In this document: positions 26,393 through 41,190 of the stretch, piece by piece | How positions within the stretch are numbered: the first letter of the stretch is position 1 | How the letters are laid out: each line of letters opens with the position of its first letter | From: Octopus vulgaris | Taxonomy: Eukaryota | Length of the DNA stretch: 64,000 nucleotides | Reading direction: 5' to 3' | Assembly (NCBI GenBank): GCA_951406725.2 | Contig: OX597832.1 | Coordinates: 48,980,001 to 49,044,000, forward strand | Translations under genes and position numbers: made by a program | The notes under the pieces: generated by a model | What the model was told of the DNA's origin: nothing | The model's input: the letters and a program-made list of their open reading frames with translations, nothing else | Databases searched by the model: none

Positions 26393-27042
26393 TTATCTAT
26401 TCATCTATATATATATATATATATATACACGCATACGTTTATAATAGATGTCTATGTAAAGTATACTTAATACCTATGGAGATGATCATATACATTGCAT
26501 AAACACACACATACATTCATGCACACATATACGAGCATATATATATACATGCACACACAATTTCCTATTATAATTGCGCAGCTTCATAACTTCATACACG
26601 AATGCTATGCCAGCTGAGGATAATCATGAATTATAATACTCTCTTCTTTTTACTGAAGAATACTTTGCGGAGATTTTTCCAAGACATATTGTCTTCGGGG
26701 CATCTTCCTAATTGATGCTATTTTGAACGTAAAATAAAAACAAGTTGAATAAAGTTGAATAAAAGCAACGTTAAATATTTCGTTTTGGGTATTTTACATT
26801 TTACACCTCGTTTTAAGTTACCCAAGCATGGAGGTTAAATATGGTCGTACAGGGGTGAGCAGCACTTATGTACTCCACAGATCCTTTGATTTTGATATTG
26901 TCAATAGATATTGTGTTCACCTTTAAGCATCGGTAATTTAAGGGAAGTTTCTGAAAAACTATGGCTTGAGAGTTAAACGATTGATCAAATTATTTAGTAC
27001 TGTGGTTACTAGATGTGATATATTAAAGATATTCAGATGAGT

Positions 27043-27330
27043 ACCGTAAATCCGCATTTTTCCCCAAAATTTAATGGTGAAAATCCCTAGTGCGTACTAT
27101 ATACGAGGTTAAAAATGAAAAATATTTCCTAAGTAATATCCGAGTTTCTATTTGCTGTCCGGCAATTTTTATTCAGATGCATTTTGTGATGTCAGGCGTG
27201 AAAATACCTTAAGCTAAGCCTGAAAGCAATGAAGTCATAAAAGAACCATCCATAACTTCTATTAAACGCTATTACTGTTATTTCTTTATTTTCTGCAAAG
27301 AAAATGCACAAAAAAGCTACATGTTTACAT
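27043..27330 (+). mobile_element. pogo-like terminal fragment
   Basis: Begins TA-CCGTAAATCC..TAGTGCGTACTATATACGAG, resembling pogo/Tigger ends. No partner TIR was found. Confidence 0.35.
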
Positions 27331-27472
27331 TAAATTCTATTGGCCTTGCCTTTCCCTTGGGTAACATTAGTGGCGTAGCGAGGGGAGGTTAGTATGCATG
27401 GGCAACTTCTAGTCCTATGTAAACAATCTCTTCCGGTCTTGTGTCTCGGAGGGTGCAATCTTATGGTCATTC

Positions 27473-27509
<37 letters not shown>

Positions 27510-27725
27510 TAGAGACAAAGCCGCTATTATTAATTCTAAAACTCACAAAACAAAGTTGTTTTGTGATTTTTAGAACAATAATTATAATATATTAATTTAA
27601 TTAATTTCTATGTCGTTATTATAGATTATATCGTTTTAGTATTGATTGAATAACTAAATAGTGGTTTGCCTCTAAAATATATATATACATATATATACAC
27701 ACATATATATATATATATATATATA

Positions 27726-28103
27726 CACTACCGTCAGAAATTAATTAGCACCCTTGATTTGCTCTTCACTCAAGGTATGTGCTGTCACCTAGTGGCCATA
27801 TCTCGAACTATTGCTTTGTTGCGAGTTCACTGTTGCGCAGAACGATGACGTAACTTTGTTTGCAGAGCAGTTTGAGAGTCTACAGCCTTATGATGTTGAC
27901 ATAGCAGTGCAACAACAACTTGGAGTGCGGATGCAGACAAATTCCTTTGTTTAATAGATATAGGTAGCGCCTCGCAAGGACCGAAATCACACCATACTAA
28001 GTTTTCTCATCGCGTAAGACGTTTTGAACAGCTCATAGGTTAATTGATTTAACCTATTTAATGTAGAAATTTGAGAAGTGCTAATTAATTTCTGACGCAA
28101 GTG
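27726..28103. mobile_element. Tc1-family MITE
   Basis: TIRs CACTACCGTCAGAAATTAATTAGCAC / GTGCTAATTAATTTCTGACGCAAGTG, each flanked by TA. Confidence 0.85.
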
Positions 28104-28291
28104 TATATACATTTATAATTTATAAACAAACCAGAATGCTATGAGGGAAAGCGACAATGGAACCCTATTAGTACAATAATAACTATAATAATAAATCATA
28201 AGAATAATATTATAATAATAAAGGGTAAAATCAATAATAATTTTACCAGGTAGCCAGTGCGGAAATAAAAACCTTATAGGTAAATTTTACA

Positions 28292-28630
28292 AAATATTTT
28301 ATAATTATATACATAATTATAACAAAGAGTGAGCTTTATGCCTCACCACGCACCGCAAGAAATAGACGCTAACGTCCTTTTTACTACCTTAAAATCTTTG
28401 AGAATAACACACTTGATTGTAGGCAAGCAAAAGAAAAATAATTAATTAATAAGGCTGATTAACTATGCCGTATTGATTCATTATTTTTCTTTTGCTTGCC
28501 TACAATCAAGTGTGTTATTCTCAGAGATTTTAAGGTAGTAGAAAATAATTTAGTGTCTATTTCTTAGGGTGCATGGTGAGGCATAAAGCTGACCCCTTGT
28601 TAAGATTATGTATATAATTATAAAATATTT
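28292..28630. repeat. Long imperfect palindrome (~160-bp arms, short loop)
   Basis: For example GAGAATAACACACTTGATTGTAGGCAAGCAAAAGAAAAATAAT / ATTATTTTTCTTTTGCTTGCCTACAATCAAGTGTGTTATTCTC pair perfectly. Confidence 0.9.
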
Positions 28631-28930
28631 CATAAGAATAATAATAAATATATTTCTCCGTGTAAGCGTTGATATGTGGGTTCGATTCTGGCTAGGTTTA
28701 ACTCATCAATTTTCAGTCATTTTGTTTATATATAAAAATGGCTTTTTATCGGAGAATATATATATTATTATTGTGATATATTATTACAGAGTCAAGACTA
28801 TTGAAAAGGTTGCAACGAAAATAATTGGAAAATAAAAATAAGAAATAAGTGGTAATTTTACAGGTGATTGTGTTAAATCATAACGCACAAAAAGAAAATC
28901 ACTCTCCCCAGACACAACAGATTATCACAG

Positions 28931-29001
<71 letters not shown>

Positions 29002-29081
29002 TTGTGTGTGTGTGTGTGTGTGTGTATTTGAATATGTGTATGCTCGTGCGTGCGTCTGTGTGAATATGTGTGCGTGAGTGC

Positions 29082-29139
<58 letters not shown>

Positions 29140-29899
29140 TCGTCCACTACAATATCAGGATGAACATCATTCAAAATAATCTTATCCTAGATGTTAAAGA
29201 CAATTACTGTCACCAATACTTGTGCTGAAAGTGAAAGTAGATGAAACAGCCTGCACAAGTCACTCACCTACAGAACAAAGTAATCCAGAAACAAGCAAGT
29301 GCATCATTTCCGGTTTCGTAATGAGGCGGATGTCCTTTCTGGATTTTCTTTCCATAGACAGATGTTTAAACGACGACTAAAGGTCTTCTATCCCCAAGCA
29401 ATTTGATGGCCGTTCTCTCCACTGAATCCATCAGGTCTTTGACAAGTTTTAATTTTCATCCTCCAGGGTTATCCAACGGAAATCACTCTCGTTACCAAGT
29501 AGACTTGCCACTTCTCATGCAAACAACCCAACAATGCGAAAGCTTGTACAGTAGCTCTAAGAATCCCCTGACATAAGATGCGTACAGACGTACCTTCACA
29601 CACAAACACATATACACATATACACGCAGTCATTGACAGCGAGTCCAACGAAGAACATTTCGTATTATTCGTGAGCACATCAGACGTCTCCCAATAAATT
29701 CTTTTATGCCTATTACCAGACTACAAGAACGTGATGTAATGAAAATGAGGATGATGCAAAAGATGGAATAACGAGAAAACTGCATCATTAAGCTTAAATA
29801 TGAAAGAAAATGTTAATCAAAGTACAAAATAAATGTAATGATAAAGATTAAAGTGGAATAAGTTGATGCGTGGATAGGAAACATAGACAAACATTTCAG

Positions 29900-30380
<481 letters not shown>

Positions 30381-30498
30381 AGTAAAAATAGAGAAAAAGA
30401 TAAACGCCAAGATGAAAGCTGCATTCAATAAATAAAAAGGTAGAACGATAGACAGACGGGGATTATAAAACTAACACACACACACACACATTCACAGA

Positions 30499-30589
<91 letters not shown>

Positions 30590-30659
30590 AAACTTTGTCA
30601 TTAACTACGCCTAGCTGTTTCTTCTAATATATATATATATATATACAATATGACATGCA

Positions 30660-30720
<61 letters not shown>

Positions 30721-31156
30721 GTATATACATGTATAGATATATGCATGCATACGTATATGTATATACACTCGCATACACATGCACACACACACACACACAT
30801 ATGATATGCTTTGATTGATGCCCAAGCTGCTGTACTGCATTCAAAGACTTCGGCCTTTGAAAGCATTGCACCATCCTTTCTGTACCGAATCGAGAAGTTC
30901 ATTTGGTAATTATTTTATCGATCACTGAACGATGAAAAGCAAAGTTTCCCTGGGTTGTATTTGGACAGAGTGTACAAAGGATCTTAAATAAATACCGTAA
31001 GGTCTTGTTTGCGACGCTCTGCTGATTTGTTTTTTCTACACACGGCGACAAAAACACGTTTGCATGCAGAAAATATACACACTCACACACATGCTAGTAC
31101 ATATTGACAATAACACAAACACAATTGCTCTTTGCTAGCAAATGCATACAGTCATG

Positions 31157-31367
31157 TACTCTTTACTCTCTTTTACTTGTTTCAGTCATTTGACTGCGGT
31201 CATGCTGGAGCACCGTATTCAGTCGAGCACATCGACTCCAGGACTTATTCTTTGTAAGCCTAGTACTTATTCTATCAGTCTCTTTTGACAAACCGCTAAG
31301 TTACGTGGACGTAAACACACCAGCATCGGTTGTCAAGCGATGTTTGGTGGGGACAAACATAGATACA

Positions 31368-31437
<70 letters not shown>

Positions 31438-31565
31438 CATATATACGACGGGCTTCTTTCAGTTTACGTCTACCAAATCCATTCACAAGGCTTTGGTCAG
31501 CCCGATAAGCAATGGAGACACTTGAAGACTGAACTCGGAACCATGTGCTACTTACCACACAGCCA
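31157..31565 (-). mobile_element. SINE family B copy
   Basis: Matches family B, with a deletion in the head. Confidence 0.8.
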
Positions 31566-31945
31566 TGTATATATATATATACATGCACACACACGTACGT
31601 ACGTACATACATACATACATACATACATACATACATACATACATACATACATACATACATACATACATACATACATGCATATTAATTAGTTTTGAAATCA
31701 TCTTAATGTGTAACCCGATAATTTTGTACTTTTCAAAGGGTTATTGCTTTTATAAATAACACACGCAATTGTTTTAGTTTATTTCAGTTAAATTGCTAAC
31801 TAGATTAATCAATTAAGTATTGACAAGCTAATCAATACGTAATTAATTGATTAACATATTAGTTTCGCTAGAAAATCATGTAAACGTCAGCAAGTGCTTC
31901 GTTTTAATTGCAAACTAATTTTCCCAATATAAACTACACACATGT

Positions 31946-32058
<113 letters not shown>

Positions 32059-32062
32059 AATA

Positions 32063-32366
32063 GCGCGCAATGGCCCAGTGGTTAGGGTCGCGGACTCGCG
32101 GTTGTAGGATCGCGGTTTCAATTCCTAGACTGGGCGTTATGAGTGTTTATTGAGCGAAAACGCCTAAAGCTCCAAGAGGCTCCGCCAGGGGTTGGTTGCG
32201 ATCCCTGGTGTACTCTTTCGCCATAATTTTCTCTCACACTTTCTTATGTTGGTCTGTTTGCTTAGCCAGCGGGGTGGCGTCATTTGAAGGCTAAAACAAT
32301 GCGAAGCGCATTGTGACCAGCGATGTGTAGCAACATCTGATAGCCTTGTCGGTCACGGTGATCACG

Positions 32367-32370
<4 letters not shown>
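32063..32370 (+). mobile_element. tRNA-derived SINE, body C plus tail 2
   Basis: Head and body as at 14770. Tail GCCAGCGGGGTGGCGTCATTTGAAGGCTAAAACAATGCGAAGCGC..GGTCACGGTGATCACG. Confidence 0.85.
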
Positions 32371-32454
<84 letters not shown>

Positions 32455-32699
32455 AATAATTGGTCGACTAAAGACGGTGCTCCAGCATGTCTGCAGTCAA
32501 ATGTTTGAAACAAGTAAAAGAATAAACGAATACAAGAATATATATTAACCGATGTGCACAGTATTATATATCGATTACGGCCGTTCTTGCAAATCAGTTT
32601 CCAACTAGAGGTTCAACAGATTGTTAGGTTACACACGCGTGCACACACACACACATGCACAGTCACACATAATGAGATGAATAAACATATTTGTAGATG

Positions 32700-33300
32700 A
32701 ATGATTTCTTCTAAAAGAAATTATATGTTGTTTGAAATCTCGAGTCGAAAGTCTTCAGAGGCAACTCAAAGCGTTTTCACATCTGTTTTGTGTATATTCC
32801 GTTACTCGTACTTAAATTCATATATCAGAGTGGAAAAGATGCCTTATTTAAGCAAATATAAACCTCATAGTGAAGACTTTTGGGTGATTATATAACTTTT
32901 GATAAGCTGTGTACTTGGATTTTGAATGAAGAAGAAATCACTATAAGCTTTTCACTTAGCAGATATGTCAGTGTTTGAACGATATGGAGACTATGGCATC
33001 ACTCGATAACTGGAAATCAGCTGAGTTATTACCATTATCTCAAAACATGCTTTGTCATATCTATTTCCTTTTTAATTCGCTTTTTCTAAGGAGAGAAAAA
33101 CGGTTTCTATGATTCGAGGCCGTTCAGTCCGATCTTTACCAATTTTCTGTATCATATTCCATATAAGATTCATTTCTCATCAAACCTTCAGTTACTCTAC
33201 CCCCAGGTCTTCCTCATGCTGTCATAACACAAAGGAAACTCTTAAATAATTGAAGCAATTTCTCGGGACAGCAACATTTCATCATAACTATTCAGAGGCT
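32700..33300 (+). pseudogene. Highly decayed Ty3/Gypsy RT remnant
   Basis: Motifs in Gypsy order: KMPY (RMPFGL-like), VFERYGDYGI (VFxRLxxYG-like), LKQFLGTATFH (LRxFLGxxNFY-like). Confidence 0.45.
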
Positions 33301-33494
33301 TCCTCGCTTGACAAGATCAAATGATTATCTCATTGATGTAAATTGTTACCATACAAATTGCAGTTTTGTTCGTCGTGTTTCCCCATCGTTTCCCGGAGAG
33401 AGAATATCAATGTTTACATTTTTACGCATGTTTGCTAATGTGGACGTGTGTATTCCTTTTTGTACGAGTATGCATGTACGTGATTGAGTGGATG

Positions 33495-33637
33495 TGCGGG
33501 TGAACGTGTGTGGGTGCCTCTGTTTGTGTGTGTGTGTGTGTGTGTGTGCGGGTGAACGTGTGTGTGTGTGCGGGTGAACGTGTGTGTGTGTGTGTGCGCG
33601 CGTGAACGTGTGTGTGTGTGTGCGGGTGAACGTGTGT

Positions 33638-33670
<33 letters not shown>

Positions 33671-33730
33671 CTGTGTGTGTGTGTGTGTGTGTGCGGGTGA
33701 ACGTGTGTGGGTGTGTGTGTGTGTGTGTGT
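33495..33730. repeat. (TG)n array punctuated by CGGGTGAACG
   Basis: About six GTGAACG-containing units separated by variable TG tracts. Confidence 0.85.
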
Positions 33731-33829
33731 GTACACATGCATCTAGATGTTTCTGTATACGAACATATCGATTAAAACCACACGAAACAAACAATTTCAT
33801 CCTCAAATGTCAGTTGTAAAATTAACACA

Positions 33830-35343
33830 CAAATATGGTGTAATGATTCTCAGAAGTGGGGGGGGGGAAATCAGTAAAAGCCATGGGATCAAGATGGAAA
33901 GTGGTGAAACTATAAGGGAATTCAGAGAGGAAGGATATAAGTACCAGGGTATCATTGAAAGAGATAAGATGAACGAACACAAGATGAAAAAAATGCGCCG
34001 GAAAGGGTGTTTGAGGAGAACTCGGTTTGTGCTCCAAAGCTAAATGGTCGCTATAAGATTAGACCAATTAACATGTGGGCAGTTGCTTTGACGAGATATG
34101 GGGTAGGAATAGTATCTTGGAAGAAGCATGAGTTGCAAGAGACAGACCGGAGAACACGTAAATTAATGACAATGAACAAGGAACTACACCCCAAGAGTGA
34201 TGTGTCATAGTTGTATGTAAAGAGGAAGGTCGGACGGGGATTGCTGTGTTGTGAAGTTTGTTTAACCCTTTTGTTACTGCATTTATTTTGAGATGCTCTG
34301 TGTTTCTTTCAATTATTTTAAATATTACAAAGAATTTAGTAAAATAACTTACTTATCATTCAGCTAAGTGTTAGGAACATTAATTGTGACTAAGGTTTGG
34401 TGGAAGATTTCAATTCAAAACTTATGAAAACAAGACATTTGTACTGAAAGCCAGAGCCGGTTTCAGCCGGGTTGGTATCAAAAGGGTTGGGAAGAGAAGA
34501 AAAGCGTGGTTTGGTATGTCAAGGGGAGTAAAGAAGAAATGACTGAAGCAGTAAAAATGCAGGGAGCCTTAAAAGTCTACGAAGCTGTAGATCTAACACA
34601 ATTTAAGAAATACCAGAGTGAGCAGATGAAGAAAATTTGGCAGGACAAGAAAATGCACAGTCAGTTCTTGAAGAATAAAGATGAGATTGATTGGAATAGA
34701 ACCCGGCAATGGCTGAAAAAAGGAGACTTAATAAATCTAAAGATGAATTGTTTCGATTGTTGCGTGAAAAGTGGCTGAAAAAAGTGGCAATGGCTGAAAA
34801 AAGGAGACTTAAAAGGGCCCGTTGAGGCATTGTACAACGCTCAAGAACAAGCTCTCAGAACAAACAACTACAAATATCACATTGATAAAGACACTGACTC
34901 ACCACAGTGTAGGATGTGCTATGAGGAGGGAGAAAGTATAAGCCATATTGTTAGTGAGTGCTGTAAGCTCGCACAACGCGAATATAAAAGGCGACGCGAC
35001 AATGTGGCCAGATATGTCCATTGGCTGTTATGCGGTAAAGCAAATCTCGAGAGAGCTGAACAATGATATGAACACAAGCCAGAGGGAGTAATGGAAAATG
35101 AACATTAGAAAATACTCTGGGATTTTAACATGCAGTGTGACTAAGTCATAGAGGTGAGACGACCAGATATCGTGCTCATCCATAAAAACGAAAAAGAAGT
35201 AAAGATAATAGACGTTGCAATACCAGGCGATTCGAGGGTGAAATGTAAGGAAACAGAAAAGATTGAGAAACACCAACCGCTGCGGGACGAGATAGGAAAG
35301 TTATGGGGCATGAGAAAAGTAATGCTGATATCGGTGGTAAATT
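33830..35343 (+). mobile_element. R4/Dong-clade non-LTR retrotransposon remnant (RT thumb, CCHC knuckle, restriction-like endonuclease)
   Basis: Reads YKYQGI..KLNG..INMWAVALTRYGVGIVSW..DRRTRKLMT..HPKSDV; AQEQALRT..CRMC..ESISHIVSEC..YKRRRDNVA; ILWDF..RRPDIV..IIDVAIP..EK. Confidence 0.9.
34266..34486. mobile_element. piggyBac-like MITE nested in the R4 remnant
   Basis: TTAA|CCCTTTTGTTAC ... GTATCAAAAGGG|TT. An AT-rich insert that interrupts the R4 coding sequence. Confidence 0.75.
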
Positions 35344-36155
35344 GAGCTTGGGTATTATCGACGAGCAGCTAGAAGAAAACCTCTCCTTCAACCAATTAAT
35401 ATCATGAAAAGAAAGAAATGGGCTAAGGAGATGTCAGAAGAATCCAGTTCATTTTGGGATAGAGTGATTTTCTCAGATGAATCCAGATTTGCAGTATTTT
35501 CAGACAGTGGACGTGTTTGGATCTGGAGGCTTCCCAATAGAGAATATGATTTGAAACTATTCCAACCAACTGTGAAACATGTCGGTATCTCTGTAATGGT
35601 ATGGGGAGCTGTCACCAACAATGGTCGTTCTGAGCTGATCGAATGTGTTGGAACCATAAACTCTGAAAAATACATCGAAATACTTTAGCAAGGAATACTT
35701 CCGATGTATTCACACGATAACATAACGAAAAATGAATTTTTATTCATGGTAGATAGGGCTCCATGCCACAAAGCGAAAATACATCAACAATGGCTGACTG
35801 AAAATGGGATCAAAAAGTTTCCTTGGCCGAGCCAATCTCCTGACATGAACCCAATTGAAAATCTTTGGAGCATACTAGATAGAGCTATACGATAAACTCG
35901 ACAGAAACCTAAATCTAAAGATGAATTGTTTCGATTGTTGCATGAAAAGTGGGCAGAAATTCCACAAGAGACAATCACAAAGCTCATCAGTTCAATGCCA
36001 AAAAGAGTTTCTGAATGAAAAGCTACAAAAGGAATGTCAGCTAAATACTAAAGTATGTAGTTCTGCCTATAGATTACATGTCAATTATTCGCTTTGCGTA
36101 TTAAATAAAAGACTTTGAAAATGAAGGGTGTCTATTTACTTCCTGCATGTTTGTG
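35341..36155 (+). mobile_element. Tc1 (DD34E) transposase pseudogene with right TIR
   Basis: Reads [51 protein letters not shown] (34 residues between D and E)..SMPKR. In-frame stops. Ends GGGTGTCTATTTACTTCCTGCATGTTTGTG-TA. Confidence 0.92.
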
Positions 36156-36379
36156 TATAACATAAAACAATAATATGCATGAAATGAAATATATGTAATG
36201 GACAATTACGACGACGACGACGACGAAGCTGACAACTGCAACAAGATTATCAAGAACGACAACAAGGAAGAATTAAAACCTGGATTAGGAATTATTTAGG
36301 AATATGTTGTCGAAGCAAGAACTCATTTCCTAATGGAATAATCAAAAAACCAATTTCCTGCACTATAACAACTCAGCCA

Positions 36380-36720
36380 GTGAATAAATAAATAAGATAA
36401 ATAAAATAAATAAATAAATAAAATAAATAAAATAAATAAATAAAATGAATAAATTATAAAATAAATTTTAAAAATTAATAAATAAATAAAATGAATAAAT
36501 TATAAAATAAATAAATAAATAAATAAATAAATGAATAAATTATAAAATAAATAAATAAATAAAACGAATAAATTATAAAATCAATAAATAAATGAATAAA
36601 TTATAATATAAATAAATAAATAAAACGAATAAATTATAAAATAAATAAATAAAATGAATAAATTATAAAATAGATAAATAAAATTAATAAATTATAAAAT
36701 GAATAAATAAATAAATAAAA
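36380..36720. repeat. (AATA)n-derived minisatellite with higher-order GAATAAATTATAAAATAAATAAAT units
   Basis: Directly visible. Confidence 0.85.
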
Positions 36721-36909
36721 GGAAACAAAATAGGCATAAAATTTGTTTTTTGATATAAAAATTAAAATTGAAGAATATTTTTTTTTATTTTAAGAGAAAA
36801 ATGAATAGAGATAAAAACGATCTTAAAGATTTTTTTTACGATTTTTAACCTAATTCCCATGTGTTACTTGTTTCTGATCACATCCGATTGCAGGAAAACA
36901 CAAGGAAAA

Positions 36910-36948
36910 CTACAACAACAACAACAACAACTGCTGCTGCTGCTGCTG

Positions 36949-37030
<82 letters not shown>

Positions 37031-37845
37031 TAATAATAATGATAACATTGATCCTGCTAATGTTGCTGTTGCTGTAGCTTATGTTGCTGCTGCTGCTGCT
37101 ACTACTACTACTAAGACGGAGAAGAAGTAGAAAAAGAAGAAGGAGGAGGAGAAGAAGTAGAAAAAGAAGAAGAAGAAGAAGAAGAAGAAGAAGAAGAAGA
37201 AGAAGAAGAAGAAGAAGAAGAAGAAGAAGAAGAAGAAGAAGAAGAAGAAGAAGAAGAAGACATAATAATAATAATAATAATAATAAGATGAATGGCTGAT
37301 CTGAAATTTGGGGGCATGTGATTGTGATGATGATGGTGATGGTTGTAGTGGTCGTGGTGGTGGTGAAGATGATGTTGGTGGTGTGGTTGCGGTGGTGGGT
37401 GTCGGGAGAAAGAGAATGGATAACATAATCATCATCATCATCATCATCATCATTATAATCATCTTCATTGTCATAGAAGTGGAGATGTAGAGCGAAAGAA
37501 AATGGAAAGCAGCGGAAATTGAGGCGGAGAAGCTGCAACGAGATCACGTCTGTGGTTACGTGGTCTATTTTCCGTGGTCATGTTCTTTGGTCGTGGTGTA
37601 ATACGCCTGCAGGGAGAGAGAGAGGGGGGTAGTGAGAGAGAAACAGAACTGGAACCAAGGAAAAAAAGGCAAGAGGATGAAGAAAAAAAACAAAAATGAC
37701 AAAAATAATAACGAACGAAAAGATGCTGCTGCTGCTGCTGATGATGATGATAATGATGGTCGTGGTTGTGGTAGTGGCGGCGATGGTGATGGTAGTGGAC
37801 ATTTTTCTTCTCCTTCTTTATCTTCTCCTTCTTCTTCTTCTTCAT

Positions 37846-37912
<67 letters not shown>

Positions 37913-38257
37913 AGAAGAAGAAGAAGAAGAAGAAGAAGAAGAAGAAGAAGAAGAAGAAGAAGAAGGAAGCGGAGGAAGAAAAGAAAAAGAGGAAGAAGAA
38001 GAAGAAGAAGAAGAAGGAAGAAAAGAAAAAGAGGAAGAAGAAGAGGAAGAAGAAGAGGAAGAAAAGAAAAAGAGGAAGAAGAAGAAGAAGAAGAAGAAGA
38101 AGAAGAAGAAGAAGAAGAAAAAGAAGGAGAAGAAGAAGAAGAAGATGATGACGATGAGTAGGATTAACAATATTATTAAGAACAGCAACTGTAATATATG
38201 GGTAACAAAAGCAATAACGATAACAAGAATAAAAACGAAATCTACAACACCATCATC

Positions 38258-38289
<32 letters not shown>

Positions 38290-38310
38290 GAAGAGCGATA
38301 ACAATAACAA
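36910..38310. repeat. Compound trinucleotide field (CAA, CTG, CTA, AAT, GAA, CAT)
   Basis: Directly visible. Confidence 0.9.
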
Positions 38311-38437
38311 TTAAAATAAGGAATACAAAAGTAAATCGTTAGGAGATGAAGAGAAGGGAAGAGTGACAGGTAGAGGAGAGTAAGTTAGAGAGTCGCGGAA
38401 TTTATATGTGAGAAATGGAAGAGAGAGGTTCACGAAG

Positions 38438-38700
38438 AAAAAAATATAGAAGGAAAAAGGAAAAATATAGAAGGAAAAAGGAAAAATATAGAAGGAAAAA
38501 GGAAAAATATAGAAGGAAAAAGGAAAAATATAGAAGGAAAAATATAGAAGGAAAAAGGAAAAATATAGAAGGAAAAAGGAAAAATATAGAAGGAAAAAGG
38601 AAAAATATAGAAGGAAAAATATAGAAGGAAAAAGGAAAAATATAGAAGGAAAAAGGAAAAATATAGAAGGAAAAAGGAAAAATATAGAAGGGAAAAGGAA
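38438..38700. repeat. 21-bp purine-rich minisatellite AAAAATATAGAAGGAAAAAGG
   Basis: About 13 units, including shorter variants. Confidence 0.9.
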
Positions 38701-39274
38701 ATGAAACACAATGGTGATAATAGAGACGAAAGAAAAGAAAGTAAAAACAAACAAACAAAAAGAATATTGCAAAAAGAAAAGAGATATATAAAGAAAGAAC
38801 GGAATGTTAAGGAAAAGAAGACAATTTTGGGACAAAACTAAGAAAAAATTGGAAAAGCATTTATGGCTAAAATAAATATTTGATATTTGGATATTTCTCA
38901 GTTATATTGACATATATGCTATTCGTTGGTTGTATCAGAGGACTTGAGAGAATATTTTTATGTCTTATATTAAAAGTGAAACTGTCAGTCATTTTACATG
39001 CATCGATTTATTTGGGGTCTTCTTGTCATTGGGGGCTCTATGTATGCGCGTATGACAGAAGGGATTTGTTGGGTTTTTTTTACTACTTGTAGGTTTTTTT
39101 ACCATTTCTATGATATTGAATGTCTTTATTGCGGAGATGTACTTGCATAGCGAGTGACCTGATCTGAGATTGTGTGCTAGAACGAAAACAATTGCAGCGT
39201 GGAAGGTGTTTATAAGCCATTTAAGAAAGACACGAAATCAGTTAGATTCACTTCAACATTTAAATTTAAAGTAC

Positions 39275-39930
39275 CGCCTTCGGCCCAGTGCGTCCATGCT
39301 GCCAACAAAGCACGCGGAGTTGTTTTTGATTCGACGGTCATTTGGAATATTCACAGCAGCCATATTCCTACCGCTCTATGTCACGCTGGTGAGACCCATA
39401 TTGGAATACGGTATTCAAGCCTCTTCTCCTTATCTCCTCAAAGACATACATCATCTCGAAAGAGTCGAGAAGCTGGCTACCCACATGGTTCATGGTCTCA
39501 AGCATTTGTCTTATGAAGAAAGGTTGAAGACGCTCGACCTTTATTCTCTAGAAAAACGACGACGCCATGGTGATCTCATTCTTGCTCACAACATCATAAG
39601 CGGAAAGTGTAACCACTCGAAAGAGCTGTTCTTCACTCCTGCTCCAGAGCGTCGGCTGCAGGGTCACTCCGAAAAGCTCTATCTGCGACGATTTCATCTC
39701 AATCGAAAGAGAGGGCTTTCTCCGTCCGGGTTGCGGATCCGTGGAATAAGCTGCCGGACGAGATAGTGAAGATGCCGACGACCGCTCGGTTCAAAGTCTC
39801 TCTTGACCAGAAATGGCCTGAACTCTTTGCATGAACACCCTCCCTGTACATAACTCCATGTCCCCCTACATGGCCTTGCTTTTTGCTTTTTGAGCCAAAA
39901 AATTAACTTAACTTAACTTAACTCAACTTA
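39275..39930 (+). mobile_element. 5'-truncated CR1-type LINE (ORF2 C-terminus, 3' UTR, (CTTAA)n tail)
   Basis: Reads LYVTLVRPILEYG..LERV..LSYEERL..LEKRR.GDLI..GH..FSVRVADPWNKLP..FKVSLD. Confidence 0.92.
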
Positions 39931-40658
39931 TTAAAATCCATTTCTAATAAGTACATTATAGGCACAAAAACTAAGAATTCATACAAAAAGGCTTTGTTCG
40001 GTCTAATCTATTTTTCTTTCTGTATGTGATAGCGTATTTTAGGCACGACCTTTGTAGAAATTTGATGATTATATTTCAGCTATGCAGCAGCAACGTGAAC
40101 AATGGAGAAAATTCGTTGCATTAATACCTATTCAGGGCCTATTTTATGTATTAGCTGATCAATTCAATCAATGGTCGATAATTGCGGATCAATTGAAAGA
40201 GCAACCATAACTAGCCTGTAGTAACAAGGTCAATACGAAGACAAACGAACGAAAAAAAAAACAGAAGAAAGAATGAAAGCTAATGGTTTTCATTGAAAAT
40301 AGTAACCGGTCTTCCTTTAACTCATTTTCGCAATATTACAGTATTCTTTTAAACATGGCATTACGTCAACTTATGAATACTCACAGACACGCACAGCCCT
40401 TCGTATATAAATGAAACCAAAATGGCGCAGAGAAACCAATAAGCACAACAATACAATCTATAAAGATCACGCAGTCATCATCTTCAAAGTGATGTTGGCG
40501 TAGGGCAGGAGGTGCACTGGCTCTACATTATTTCATTTTGGACTCGGTTATATAAACCGAGTTCAAATACTACTGGGGTGGATTTTATCTATAATCGAAA
40601 ATAAAAATATTTACAAATAATCAGGCATTGCATCGACTATATATATCTTCCATAATAA

Positions 40659-41128
40659 GGCGGCGAGCTGGCAGAATCGTTAACACGCCGGGCGAAATGC
40701 TTGGCGGTATTTCGTCTGTCGTTACATTCTGAGTTCAAATTCCGCGGAGGTCGACTTTGCCTTTCATCCTTTCGGGGTCGATAAATTTCGTACCAGTTTC
40801 GCACTGGGGTCGATGTAATCAACTTAATCCCTTTGTCTGTCCTTGTTTGTCCCCTCTATGTTTAGCCCCTTGTGGGCAATAAAGAAATATATACCTTCCA
40901 TAATAACACCAAAGGTACACTTCCTGGGTTACTCTTTTACATGTTTCAGTCATTTGACTACGGCCATGCTGGAGCACCACCTTTAGTCGAGTAAATCGAC
41001 CCCAGGACTTATTCTTGGTAAACCTAGTACTTATTCGATCGGACTCTTTTTGCCGAACCGCTATGTTACGGGGACGTAAACACACCAGCATCGGTTGCCA
41101 AGCGAAGTTGCGGGGACAAACACAGACA

Positions 41129-41190
<62 letters not shown>

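Noticed and set aside
36859-38835. Poly-E/K/R/S and YIFPFSF-repeat ORFs
   Set aside because: They are translations of (GAA)n and the 21-bp minisatellite.
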